Shown: positions 1 to 8,632 of the stretch, piece after piece | Position numbering within the stretch: the stretch's first letter is position 1 | Layout of the letters: the number at the start of each line of letters is the position of its first letter | Source: a virus | Taxonomy: Duplodnaviria > Caudoviricetes | Direction: 5' to 3' (one strand) | IMG/VR virus record: IMGVR_UViG_3300045938_000231 | Coordinates: 5,423-69,422 of that record | Length of the DNA stretch: 64,000 nucleotides | Notes under the pieces: model-generated | Seen by the model: only the letters and a program-made list of their open reading frames with translations | Database searches by the model: none | What the model was told of the DNA's origin: nothing | Program-made: the position numbers and the translations under genes

Positions 1-1
1 A

Positions 2-187
2 ACCCATCTCTTCAAAATGATTGCTGAAGCCTGGGCTATTTCACTAGGAGTTAAGAACTGGAGACCTTCGTTTCCTATAGGCAAGCCCATCTACGTAACC
101 AGTGCCAAACGCTGTAACCAAGTCGAAGACGTTCGGTATAGCCTTGAAATACGCGCTAGAGCCAGAAAGGAGGTCGTTGCAGCATGA
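2..187 (+). CDS. 5'-truncated hypothetical protein
   Basis: Open frame from base 2 (THLFKMIAEAWAISLG...KEVVAA) ending in a TGA that overlaps the ATG at 184. Confidence 0.55.
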   Translation, partial: THLFKMIAEAWAISLGVKNWRPSFPIGKPIYVTSAKRCNQVEDVRYSLEIRARARKEVVAA

Positions 188-414
188 TCTTCGTACAGAC
201 TCTCTGCCTGTCCTATTTCACAGTCGGCCTGTTAGCCATTGCCGTTGTCTTTGGCCCCGAAACGTTCCGCTATGTGCGGGACAACTACTTCCCTGCCTCC
301 CGATGGAAGTCGCTCAAAGCCAAGTATAAGCGCCTGGGTCTGCCACCGCTGAGCACGATTTTCTTTTTCGTTGCGGTCGTCTCTTTCTACCTGATTGGTA
401 CTGCCATCTTCTGA
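184..414 (+). CDS. Small membrane protein (2 TM)
   Basis: 76 aa with two hydrophobic stretches; ATGA coupling to the upstream ORF. Confidence 0.65.
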   Translation: MIFVQTLCLSYFTVGLLAIAVVFGPETFRYVRDNYFPASRWKSLKAKYKRLGLPPLSTIFFFVAVVSFYLIGTAIF

Positions 415-417
415 GCC

Positions 418-519
418 ATGCGCGAACTACTGCTGGCACTCTTTGGCCCTACTATGATCTGTATGGGGCTAGGATTCATCGTCTACGCACTCAAACACGC
501 TTTCAAGCCCAAGCCATGA
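418..519 (+). CDS. Small hydrophobic peptide (33 aa)
   Basis: MRELLLALFGPTMICMGLGFIVYALKHAFKPKP, read manually; tightly packed between neighbours. Confidence 0.5.
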   Translation: MRELLLALFGPTMICMGLGFIVYALKHAFKPKP

Positions 520-644
520 ACCGAATTATGCGCTATTGGTACGCGACAGCAATTGCCTTGCTGTTGCTCCTGTCAGTCTGGTTTTGGCTGATACGATTCC
601 GGTCAGTCCTGCCCGCTATCTGGGCCGACCTGTGTTCTAAATAA
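516..644 (+). CDS. Small hydrophobic peptide (42 aa)
   Basis: MNRIMRYWYATAIALLLLLSVWFWLIRF..., ATGA overlap with the previous ORF. Confidence 0.5.
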   Translation: MNRIMRYWYATAIALLLLLSVWFWLIRFRSVLPAIWADLCSK

Positions 645-649
645 TCCTT

Positions 650-1735
650 ATGCTATCGCATTCTTTCTCGGTTGAAGTAGCCAAAGTCGTTGGAGATCGG
701 GCAGCCATATTCCTGCAACACTTTTCGTTCTGGCATATCCAGAACGCGGCTCATCAACGCCATTACCACGACGGCCACTACTGGACCTATAACACCATCG
801 AGGCCTATACGGAGCAATACCCGTACCTCACCGTCAAGCAAATCAGGACGGTACTGGAGCGACTGGAAAAGGATGAATTCATCCTGACGGGCAACTACAA
901 TACCAAGGCGATGGACCACACGAAATGGTATGCCTTAACGGATAAATCACTGCTTTTACTCGGTATTTCAGATGGTCACGCGGTACCGGATCACGATTTG
1001 CCCGAAAAGGCAAATCGATCTGCCCAAAATGGCAATTCCATTTGTCCAAACGGGCAAAACCATTTGCCCGAAACGGCAAAACCATTTGCCCAAATGGGCA
1101 ACGCAATACCAGATACTAACACAGATACTAACACAGATACTTCTCTCCCTCCCTCACAAAAAAAAGGCGAGGCCGATTTTGAAAACGAAGGTAAAAACCA
1201 TCCGGACGAAGTAACCTCACCCCCCGGTTCCGGCCGCCCCCCCTCTCCACCGGAACAGGAGCCTAAGCCGCTCGACCCTGAAGCCACGGAGCGGCTAACC
1301 TTCACCCTCAAGCTCCAGACTGATCGGCGGCTTTTGGAAGGACTTCAAAAGCTCTTCGAATTCGATACCGAAACAGCCTGCTACTGGATAGACCGATTCG
1401 TAACGACGCAATGGCTGGCTGACAACCTCAAAGGCCGGCGCAACTTCGACCTCATCTCACACTGTCAAAGCTGGATTAAAAAAGAACTCAATGAACAACA
1501 ACGCCAACGCCCTCGCCACAACTCAGCCAACAACGCTGGCAATGGCCAGACAAGCTCGACAGGAACTGGCACTAGATCCAAAGAAGGCAGACAATCTGGG
1601 ATTATCCCCGCAGGCTCATTCAGCCGTGCTCGCCAAAATTCAGGGAACGCCCCTGTACAAGGCAACGGATCCACAATTCGAGTTGATGTGGAGCCAAGTG
1701 AGTTGGATGCTCGGAATAACGGTCAAGGACATTGA
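650..1735 (+). CDS. Phage replication initiator (lambda O-like, N-terminal winged helix)
   Basis: N-terminus (HSFSVEVA...YWTYNTIEAY...KQIRTVLERLEKDEFILTGNYN...TKWY) typical of phage initiators; internal iteron array; DTNT linker. Confidence 0.8.
   Translation: MLSHSFSVEVAKVVGDRAAIFLQHFSFWHIQNAAHQRHYHDGHYWTYNTIEAYTEQYPYLTVKQIRTVLERLEKDEFILTGNYNTKAMDHTKWYALTDKSLLLLGISDGHAVPDHDLPEKANRSAQNGNSICPNGQNHLPETAKPFAQMGNAIPDTNTDTNTDTSLPPSQKKGEADFENEGKNHPDEVTSPPGSGRPPSPPEQEPKPLDPEATERLTFTLKLQTDRRLLEGLQKLFEFDTETACYWIDRFVTTQWLADNLKGRRNFDLISHCQSWIKKELNEQQRQRPRHNSANNAGNGQTSSTGTGTRSKEGRQSGIIPAGSFSRARQNSGNAPVQGNGSTIRVDVEPSELDARNNGQGH
996..1103. repeat. Five iterons with exact 22-bp period (candidate replication origin)
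   Basis: ATTTGCCCGAAAAGGCAAAT-like units start at 996, 1018, 1040, 1062 and 1084; each is quasi-palindromic (TTTGCCC..GGGCAAA). Confidence 0.85.
1110..1141 (+). repeat. 12-bp tandem repeat CAGATACTAACA (about 2.6 copies)
   Basis: Directly visible; encodes the DTNTDTNTDT linker just after the iterons. Confidence 0.85.
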
Positions 1736-2354
1736 TGCTCACATTCAGGAGCTACTGGTGCTCACTGACTGGCTCATCGATGGCTACTCGGGAAAACTGA
1801 CTTGTGAAGAGGTTGTCAGAGCCTACAAAATGGCAACTACTGGCCAGCTGGAGATCGAGCAGCTTTTCTCGCTACTCGTCCCCAAGCACATCGGTACCGT
1901 GCTGAATGCTTACCTCAAGTATCTGAGTAAGCAGCCGGAACTGAACCGGATCTTTTCTCAGCAGCTGCTACTACCCGATGATGAGCAGTCAGCTGAAGCC
2001 ATCGATACGTTCATGGAAGAATGTGTCAGTAGTGCGGCCGAGGAAGTAGCGGCCGGTAAATTCTACTACGATGAGGGTAATGGTATGTATGCCTGGCTCG
2101 TCAGCAAACGCCGGATCGTGATCACCTCCTTGGAGGAAGTGGACAAGTACCGCGCCCTAGCTGCCGAAAAGATCAGCCCCCCGATCGGAAGTGAGCAGTC
2201 CCGGCATGCGCCAGTGGCCAAGCCGATAGGCTCTCTCGCAAAGCTCGTCGAACAACCCCTTCCACAAGACTACAATTCCCGCCTGAAAGCATGCGCTATG
2301 CGGCTTTACCTCAATGACTGGCTCAAAGACTACCATGAAAAAAGCAAGAAATAA
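1491..2354 (+). CDS. Hypothetical protein, positional analogue of a helicase loader
   Basis: 287 aa with ordered helical composition, directly after and overlapping the initiator; A-rich context before the ATG. Confidence 0.7.
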   Translation: MNNNANALATTQPTTLAMARQARQELALDPKKADNLGLSPQAHSAVLAKIQGTPLYKATDPQFELMWSQVSWMLGITVKDIDAHIQELLVLTDWLIDGYSGKLTCEEVVRAYKMATTGQLEIEQLFSLLVPKHIGTVLNAYLKYLSKQPELNRIFSQQLLLPDDEQSAEAIDTFMEECVSSAAEEVAAGKFYYDEGNGMYAWLVSKRRIVITSLEEVDKYRALAAEKISPPIGSEQSRHAPVAKPIGSLAKLVEQPLPQDYNSRLKACAMRLYLNDWLKDYHEKSKK

Positions 2355-2736
2355 CCCGTTCGAAATGACTGCTGAGCAGTTTCGTCGGAAATACGTCGAC
2401 CAGGAGGAGCACGGCCTGCAGGCCCGGTTCGTCGAGTGGTTCCGGCTCACGTATCGCTCGTTGAAAATGATCGCTATCCCAAACGGAGGCCTGCGCGATC
2501 CCATCACGGCCGCCAAACTGAAAGCCGAAGGTGTCGAGACTGGTGCACCCGACTTGCTGCTGATCTACGCCCATGGCGAGTACCACGGCCTTTGGATCGA
2601 GATGAAAACGATCAATGGGGCCCCATCACCTGAGCAGCTCATCTTTCACGCTTATCTGCGATCGCAGAACTACGCCATCGAGATGCCGCAAACACTTGAG
2701 GAAGCTCAACAGGCCGTATTTGACTACCTCCGCTGA
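2335..2736 (+). CDS. VRR-NUC domain nuclease (Holliday junction resolvase-like)
   Basis: AIPNGG..R....AAKLKAEGV..GAPDL...HGLWIEMK....PSPEQ motifs. Confidence 0.88.
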   Translation: MKKARNNPFEMTAEQFRRKYVDQEEHGLQARFVEWFRLTYRSLKMIAIPNGGLRDPITAAKLKAEGVETGAPDLLLIYAHGEYHGLWIEMKTINGAPSPEQLIFHAYLRSQNYAIEMPQTLEEAQQAVFDYLR

Positions 2737-2755
2737 CACGTAACCAATCCCGCTT

Positions 2756-3379
2756 ATGGAATACTTCGTAGCCAAAATCAATTACCCCTGTCTGGTGAAC
2801 GGTGAAGCCAAAACCGTCACCGAGCAATACCTGTTCGACGCCCTATCCTACACGGAAGTCGAGTCAAACTGCCTGACGCTTTTCCGAAGTCGTATCACCG
2901 AGGCCAGCATAGAGAACATCGATAACATCGGCAAAATGAAGGCTACTGAAATCGTTTTTCACGGCCTGCAGGACGAGGACGCCTTCTGGCAGGTGATCGT
3001 AAAAGTGCTCGAGGAGAAAAGCTACAAGTGGACATTCCTGATTCCGGCTAACAATGACCAACAGGCCAGCGCCCGGGTGAGGGAGCATCTAGGGGATATG
3101 ATGGTACCCTTTGAAGTCGTCAGCATCAAGAAGTCCGAAATCATGGCTTACTGGAAAAACGACAGCGAACTGTGGAAGGGTGACTGGCACAACCGGATGG
3201 ATCGGTACTACGCTGAAGGCCGGTTCCAGATCAAGCATACCACTGTGGAGGAAGACAAAGAGCCAGATCCTCAGCTCAACCTGTTCGACGACGCACAGCC
3301 GCCCAAGAAGGCTCCAACCAAACGCAATTTTTCAAACCTGAAACAGTCCCTGCAGCAACGGCAGGGCGCTACTGCCTGA
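2756..3379 (+). CDS. DUF4494 family protein
   Basis: YFVAKINY...KTVTEQYLFDALSYTEVE pattern recalled as the Bacteroidota DUF4494 family. Confidence 0.7.
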   Translation: MEYFVAKINYPCLVNGEAKTVTEQYLFDALSYTEVESNCLTLFRSRITEASIENIDNIGKMKATEIVFHGLQDEDAFWQVIVKVLEEKSYKWTFLIPANNDQQASARVREHLGDMMVPFEVVSIKKSEIMAYWKNDSELWKGDWHNRMDRYYAEGRFQIKHTTVEEDKEPDPQLNLFDDAQPPKKAPTKRNFSNLKQSLQQRQGATA

Positions 3380-3711
3380 TGACAAAGAAAGAAGAATTAG
3401 ACGCGGCCATTCTGAAGGTGCATGACCAGCTCGACGACCAGCCGGACGATGATCTATTCGTCGATTTCGTAACCGTGGCCAACAACATACAGGCCATCGA
3501 GAATGGCTTTGTAGACGTGCTCAAAGCCGCTGCGAATGTGCGGGATCTACAGAGACGATACTTCGTGGCACGTAAACAGAACATGACGGCATCGGCTGCT
3601 GAACTGCTCACAAAGTCGAAAGAGGCTGAGAAGAATTTCGACAAGCTAATCGCATCGTGGGCTGTACAGATGGGCAAAACCGATCAGAGCCAACTAGGGC
3701 TATTTAGCTAA
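3379..3711 (+). CDS. Hypothetical protein
   Basis: 110 aa, TGATG overlap with the upstream gene. Confidence 0.75.
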   Translation: MTKKEELDAAILKVHDQLDDQPDDDLFVDFVTVANNIQAIENGFVDVLKAAANVRDLQRRYFVARKQNMTASAAELLTKSKEAEKNFDKLIASWAVQMGKTDQSQLGLFS

Positions 3712-3774
3712 CAAACCGAATATCATTCGGCACCGGCAGCTGATATCTCGACGAAAAACCAAACAATCATTTGT

Positions 3775-3981
3775 ATGAGTGAAGTAAAGATGGATGATGT
3801 GGTTAGTGTGAGCTTTCACATCCTGCAGAACGGAACCCCCGTTCACAAAGAGGTCATGATCACCCGCGAAAACCTGATCAAATACACTGGCCAGCGTTAT
3901 AAAAAATGGTCAGAGATGTACGAGGCAATTGTCAGGGACAAAGCATATATCAGCATCACGGACAAATCAAACGCCAATTAA
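3775..3981 (+). CDS. Hypothetical protein
   Basis: 68 aa ORF in the co-directional early cluster. Confidence 0.65.
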   Translation: MSEVKMDDVVSVSFHILQNGTPVHKEVMITRENLIKYTGQRYKKWSEMYEAIVRDKAYISITDKSNAN

Positions 3982-4120
3982 GATGCTTCACCCCCTGCGT
4001 GGTCCACCTGGCTAATTGCTCCAGTACTGGCACTCTGCTTTGCTGCTATCATTTCCGTTGGAATGAAGGGCTAAAGATGGGACGGGGTGCCAGTTTTTCT
4101 AAACTTTATCAGCTACTTCT

Positions 4121-4387
4121 ATGAAATACCCTGCGCCTGGTACAGCCGTCATCATTACCACAAAGACGACCGGTACACCAGCAATCCGACATACAGGCAC
4201 GCTCGTTAGTGTTGGGCCCTTGTCAATTCCTATACCGTCGAACACTTCTGATTTTACGTCTAATGTCCTGTCAAAATTCCAATACGTCGTCGTAAAGAGG
4301 TACCTCGGCAACGATGAGAATGGTAAGCCCCGGTTTCGGCTTAACTCGATTCCCAAGGCTAACGTAATCGCGGTCAATCTATACTAA
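4121..4387 (+). CDS. Hypothetical protein
   Basis: 88 aa ORF in the early cluster. Confidence 0.65.
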   Translation: MKYPAPGTAVIITTKTTGTPAIRHTGTLVSVGPLSIPIPSNTSDFTSNVLSKFQYVVVKRYLGNDENGKPRFRLNSIPKANVIAVNLY

Positions 4388-4390
4388 CGA

Positions 4391-4591
4391 GTGCCAGTTC
4401 CTTACATCATTCTCAAGTGCTACGTAGTGTATTACCCGCCTGAGCAGCTGATCTGGAACGGTCGCACATTCGACAACGAACGGGATGCTGTCGACGGGAT
4501 CAAGGAATTTTTTGGATTCGATACCGCATGGCACCGGCTCAAGTCATCGGGCTGGATCATCAAACGGGCTTCACTTTCTGTCAAGATCTAA
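4391..4591 (+). CDS. Hypothetical protein
   Basis: 66 aa, GTG start 3 nt after the previous stop. Confidence 0.6.
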   Translation: MPVPYIILKCYVVYYPPEQLIWNGRTFDNERDAVDGIKEFFGFDTAWHRLKSSGWIIKRASLSVKI

Positions 4592-4595
4592 GACT

Positions 4596-5042
4596 ATGCG
4601 AATAATATCACTATATCAGCCTTACGCGACGCTGATGATGCTCAAGTTAAAGCGCAATGAAACCCGTGGGTGGAGCACAAACGTCCGCGGCCGGATCGGA
4701 ATTCATGCCACAGCTAATATGCCTGGCTGGTGTAAAGAGCTTTGTCGGAATCCCGAACTGCCTATCATGAGGGCGCTTCTTGATCACGGCCTCGTCGGAT
4801 CTACTTTGCCACGAGGGGCCATCTTAGGGACGCTAGAGATAGTCGGCTGTATTTCATCCGAGGAATGGCTTCAGAAAAACGACTATCGAGCCAATGATGA
4901 ATTCCATTTTGGCGACTATTCGCCCGGGCGTTTTGCTTGGCAAACGGATAACGTAATCGCGTTCGACGATCCTATTCCAGCGAAAGGCCGTCAGGGATTC
5001 TGGAATTATGATTTTACACCTTTTCTGAGTGGTCAGCTATGA
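4596..5042 (+). CDS. ASCH domain protein
   Basis: ISLYQPYATL....KRNETRGWST..RGRIGIHA...PRGAILG...PIPAKGRQGFW signature; ATG at 4596 preferred over the ORF-track start. Confidence 0.88.
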   Translation: MRIISLYQPYATLMMLKLKRNETRGWSTNVRGRIGIHATANMPGWCKELCRNPELPIMRALLDHGLVGSTLPRGAILGTLEIVGCISSEEWLQKNDYRANDEFHFGDYSPGRFAWQTDNVIAFDDPIPAKGRQGFWNYDFTPFLSGQL

Positions 5043-5284
5043 GCTTCGAATACTTTCCAGGAATCGGCATGGTGCACCTGAACATGGCCAAGCCGCCCCG
5101 AATCGTACCAGGTAACGAGCGGCACAAATGGGATAAGAAACTCGTCTGGGGTGGATCCTCGACGTGCATCAAATGCGGCTGCGTGAAGCGTGCACTGAAG
5201 CCAGAATACATCGAAACGTATCAAATGCCTGGTGGATCTGTGGTCAACGAGCGCCCGGCCTGCACTGGGGCAAATGCTCCATAA
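5039..5284 (+). CDS. Hypothetical protein with CxxC
   Basis: 81 aa, ATGA-type overlap, CIKC motif. Confidence 0.65.
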   Translation: MSFEYFPGIGMVHLNMAKPPRIVPGNERHKWDKKLVWGGSSTCIKCGCVKRALKPEYIETYQMPGGSVVNERPACTGANAP

Positions 5285-5366
5285 TTGCAAAAAGCGCGAT
5301 AAAAATTGCAGAAAGTGAGTCGATTTGGCCCAAAAACGTATCAAAAATTGCATTCCCTTATCAATT

Positions 5367-6161
5367 ATGAATATCTCTCATAAAGACGCTATGGACCGGG
5401 TAACAGCCACACTGAAGGCAGATCCGGATATGTTTATCGCCTTTCAGGCTAACATCGCTGTTCAGTTTCAGGACGAGTGCGCTCGTCGACAGTTGGGCAT
5501 TGATGCCGGGCTGATCCACCAGATTTCTAATGCTGCAGCTGAGCGGTTCCTGAATGAATTGTGCCGGACGGCCCCGGCCGATCTGGAGTTAACTGGCGCT
5601 GAGGAAATCGCTGAAGAGCGCCGGGAACATATTGTTAAACACGGTTGGGACGAAACCCATGACGACTATAGCGATGGTGATCTGGTGAAAGCCGCCCTAT
5701 TCACCCTGGGTAAAGCAAATTGGCCCTGGGGTTGGGAGGAATATTACCGGGATAAAATAACCAGCAAAAACCCGATCGGAAAGCTACGTGTGGCCGGCTC
5801 CTTCATTGCGGCCGAAATTGACCGGCTTAAAGCCCTAGCCAAAAAGCAGCGTGAAAAGCAGATAGCCGTAGTACTGCCAAAGACGCTCGACGAAGCTGTC
5901 GAGTACATTTTGCCCAGATTTAAGGGCATGGAGCAATATGCGGCCGCTGGAGAAACCTACTTTCTCAGCATGTGTAGTAGTCACCTTTTGGGGGCAGTAG
6001 GAATGCAGATCCGGAATGAATTAAAACTCTGGATTCATGAATCGCCCCTGCATCAGTATTTCCTGAGTGAGCATCGCCTGTTTAATCCGGACGATATGTC
6101 CCGGCTGATCCTGCAACGTGTGTATCAAAAAATCAAACCTATTACCGGAAACAATGCCTAG
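5367..6161 (+). CDS. Mosaic hypothetical protein (phage ERR..GW..HDD domain plus DUF6794-like C-terminus)
   Basis: EIAEERREHIVKHGWDETHDD...WPW...AGSFIAAEIDRL, then GMQIRNELKLW...NPDDMSRLIL. Confidence 0.65.
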   Translation: MNISHKDAMDRVTATLKADPDMFIAFQANIAVQFQDECARRQLGIDAGLIHQISNAAAERFLNELCRTAPADLELTGAEEIAEERREHIVKHGWDETHDDYSDGDLVKAALFTLGKANWPWGWEEYYRDKITSKNPIGKLRVAGSFIAAEIDRLKALAKKQREKQIAVVLPKTLDEAVEYILPRFKGMEQYAAAGETYFLSMCSSHLLGAVGMQIRNELKLWIHESPLHQYFLSEHRLFNPDDMSRLILQRVYQKIKPITGNNA

Positions 6162-6444
6162 ACCACTCAACCCAATATTTACAGTCGAGTACCAGTATCA
6201 AAAGTTCTTGGCCGGAATGAATCTGAACGAAGCGACCATGCCCGAACAGCAAAAGATTTATATGCGTCAGGCATTTTTCGGCGGATTTAGTCAGCTGTTA
6301 TACCTCCAGCGCGACGAGACTCCAGAACTCAGCACTGATGAGGTCATCGGGATGTACGAGAAGATGATCGAAGAAATCGGTGATTTCTGGGATAAGGATC
6401 AAAAGCGAATTAAGGATTCTAAGAAAATTAAGCCCAAACTATAA
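6154..6444 (+). CDS. Hypothetical protein
   Basis: MPRPLNPIF... overlapping the upstream stop. Confidence 0.7.
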   Translation: MPRPLNPIFTVEYQYQKFLAGMNLNEATMPEQQKIYMRQAFFGGFSQLLYLQRDETPELSTDEVIGMYEKMIEEIGDFWDKDQKRIKDSKKIKPKL

Positions 6445-6446
6445 CC

Positions 6447-6848
6447 ATGGCTAACGCAGTAACATTTGAAGGACAAAACGTGGTATATACCCACCCAGAC
6501 TGCTTTGATCTACCAACGTGCCAGCAGCCAACAGTGCTCGACAATCAGCCAACTATAGAGGTTATTTCGGCCTGGCAGTTTACCGAGCGGGAAAAGGCGG
6601 AGTTTGACCGCACTGGTACGATTTACCTACGTGTAGTAGGTAGACAACCGCCCGTATCAATCAGCTCGTTCAGCTTCGTAATCGGTGCTGAGAACAAACC
6701 ATCGGATTTTGAAACTGAGTTTGTGAAAGAGCTTGAAGCGAAAACAGTTCGGAATATGGACCTGATCAGCGCGTTCCTCGACCATGTGAAAGAGGAAACC
6801 GGCGTTGAGGTGCCGGAGTCGGCTCTGCTGTCATTTTTTAACGCATAA
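6447..6848 (+). CDS. Hypothetical phage protein
   Basis: 133 aa; SAWQFTEREKAEFDRTGTIYLRV resembles a common small phage family. Confidence 0.7.
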   Translation: MANAVTFEGQNVVYTHPDCFDLPTCQQPTVLDNQPTIEVISAWQFTEREKAEFDRTGTIYLRVVGRQPPVSISSFSFVIGAENKPSDFETEFVKELEAKTVRNMDLISAFLDHVKEETGVEVPESALLSFFNA

Positions 6849-6854
6849 CCGGGC

Positions 6855-7139
6855 ATGACTAATGCTGCTCAAATTGCCCGATCCCTCGAATCTGCTATAC
6901 CCATTATATGGGACCGATTCACAAAAACAGAAGATGGGTTTTATGTTGTCTATGGCTGGATTGCTCGGCTCGATGGGCGTGCCGACTTCATAATTTTCGA
7001 GCTATGGGAAGACTCGCCGGAAGATGTTTTTTGTACGACCAGCTCAGCAAAATTCTCGAAACGCGTTATGGAAGTGCTATATGGCTCAGCTGAGGGCCAT
7101 AATGATTGTCGAAAGATTGAGGAGCTATTCGCTGAATAA
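6855..7139 (+). CDS. Hypothetical protein, last gene of the early arm
   Basis: 94 aa ending at the terminator. Confidence 0.7.
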   Translation: MTNAAQIARSLESAIPIIWDRFTKTEDGFYVVYGWIARLDGRADFIIFELWEDSPEDVFCTTSSAKFSKRVMEVLYGSAEGHNDCRKIEELFAE

Positions 7140-7169
7140 AAAAAGCCCGGATCGTTGGTCCGGGCTTTT
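7138..7169. terminator. Bidirectional intrinsic terminator
   Basis: AAAAGCCCGGA-tcgttgg-TCCGGGCTTTT between convergent early and lysis genes. Confidence 0.9.
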
Positions 7170-7174
7170 ACAAT

Positions 7175-7756
7175 TTATGGCTCCAATGTAATCGGTATTC
7201 GGCTCAGCCATGAGTTCATAAACTTACGTTGCTTCGGATTCTTTTCGCAGATTTCCTGATAGCGTCGGAGCTGATAGCCCAGAATCAGTTTAAACACGTT
7301 CACCAGCTTCGGATGGTTGTTCAGCGCGTTCAACGTCTTGGCGCCTATCTTCCCATCGATGATTAGATCCGCGTAGTACTTCCCGTTGCCACTGGCCAGG
7401 TTCAGGGCTTTTTGTAACACCCGCGAAGCCGTACCCACGCCCGTATTGACGCCAATGTCGAATAGCTGGTTGGCTATCGTCTGGTTGCTGATCTGCCCAA
7501 GTCGGTTTACGTCCCAGTAATTAGCCTGGTACAACGCCCGTACCGACTGCAATAGCGCAGGCCGGTCGCGTAGCGCCTTATCCAGATCAGTTGGGCCGCT
7601 CTCTTTCACTTTATCGATGATCATCCAACCGCCCCAGTCCGGATTATTCACCCGGGACACACCGGCATAAGTTTCGCCCCCCGTATCGTCGGGATCGTTG
7701 GCATAGCCGCCCTCATGCCCCATCGTAATATCATAAGCGAGATTGAAGTTTGCCAT
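7175..7756 (-). CDS. Endolysin, glycoside hydrolase family 108 with C-terminal peptidoglycan-binding domain
   Basis: HEGGYANDPDDTGGET catalytic motif; DG.IG.KTL.AL; FMNSWLSR terminus. Confidence 0.92.
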   Translation of the reverse strand: MANFNLAYDITMGHEGGYANDPDDTGGETYAGVSRVNNPDWGGWMIIDKVKESGPTDLDKALRDRPALLQSVRALYQANYWDVNRLGQISNQTIANQLFDIGVNTGVGTASRVLQKALNLASGNGKYYADLIIDGKIGAKTLNALNNHPKLVNVFKLILGYQLRRYQEICEKNPKQRKFMNSWLSRIPITLEP

Positions 7757-8160
7757 TATTCCGGAGTGTCTAAAATTGCGATAAGCGCCCGTAGACGCTT
7801 TTTATAAAATAGTCCTAGCAAGCTGCTTTTCTCCAGATAAGCCTGAGCCTGCTTTCTGGCCTTGTCGTTTGTCCTGCTAATGTTCCGGATGCGACCGGTC
7901 CCAATTTGCTGGAGTAATTCGATCCGTAGATCTTTTGCCTTCAGCAGTCGGTTGCCAACGGCTTTCAACGAATCCCGATCGGCTTTTTCGGCCGTCAGCT
8001 GCTTTTGCAGTTTCGAGGCCTGCAGGCAACAATCAGGCGTAACGCCCGCGATCGACGGCGGCACCTGCCCAGCGCTGTCGATCGCGATGATCAGCAGTAG
8101 TACGGCGTACAGTACCGCGTAAAAGCCGACCACCCAAATGAGTGGCCGGCGTTGGAGCAT
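7756..8160 (-). CDS. Membrane-anchored coiled-coil protein (possible spanin-like lysis accessory)
   Basis: N-terminal TM followed by coiled coil; start at 8160 gives TAATG coupling. Confidence 0.55.
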   Translation of the reverse strand: MLQRRPLIWVVGFYAVLYAVLLLIIAIDSAGQVPPSIAGVTPDCCLQASKLQKQLTAEKADRDSLKAVGNRLLKAKDLRIELLQQIGTGRIRNISRTNDKARKQAQAYLEKSSLLGLFYKKRLRALIAILDTPE

Positions 8161-8627
8161 TATTTCAAATCGTCCCATTTCTTCTGATCGGCGGTTTCGG
8201 CCTGCGTTGGCTCTACAAAAAGACTGTCGACAATAGACGTTTCCGGATTAGGTCGGCCGGATCTGTCGAGGCCTGGCTTATCGAGGTGCACAATCAGCGT
8301 AGCGACGATCGCCACGCTGACGGCCGACAGGGCGAAAATGACCCCGAACCGTTTAGCCAGTTCGAATTTCTCCTCCCGGCTCAAGGCGGCTTTGTGCGTA
8401 TAGTGAAAGCCGATAATCGCAGACGCAATAACCGAACAGGCGATGGCTCCCAGCCCCCAGTCGACGTGCACTGAATTTCGCAGGTGAAGCAAGAGGGTAA
8501 GCAAAAACGCGGGACCAATGCTGGCCACGGTGAAACGAACCCGGCGCGGTACGTTGGCCAGGCCAGCCACAAAAAACACGCTGGAGAAAACGGCCAACGC
8601 CAGGACTAAATCGATGATGGTTTTCAT
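8160..8627 (-). CDS. Four-TM membrane protein in the lysis cassette
   Basis: Four hydrophobic segments and a polar C-terminus. Confidence 0.7.
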   Translation of the reverse strand: MKTIIDLVLALAVFSSVFFVAGLANVPRRVRFTVASIGPAFLLTLLLHLRNSVHVDWGLGAIACSVIASAIIGFHYTHKAALSREEKFELAKRFGVIFALSAVSVAIVATLIVHLDKPGLDRSGRPNPETSIVDSLFVEPTQAETADQKKWDDLK

Positions 8628-8632
8628 TACAG

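Noticed and set aside
996-1103. CRISPR array
   Set aside because: The units are adjacent with no unique spacers, lie inside a CDS, and there are no cas genes.
3982-4074. Hydrophobic 30-codon frame continuing after the stop of 3775-3981
   Set aside because: No start codon and no homologue evidence; may be a decayed fragment but cannot be supported.
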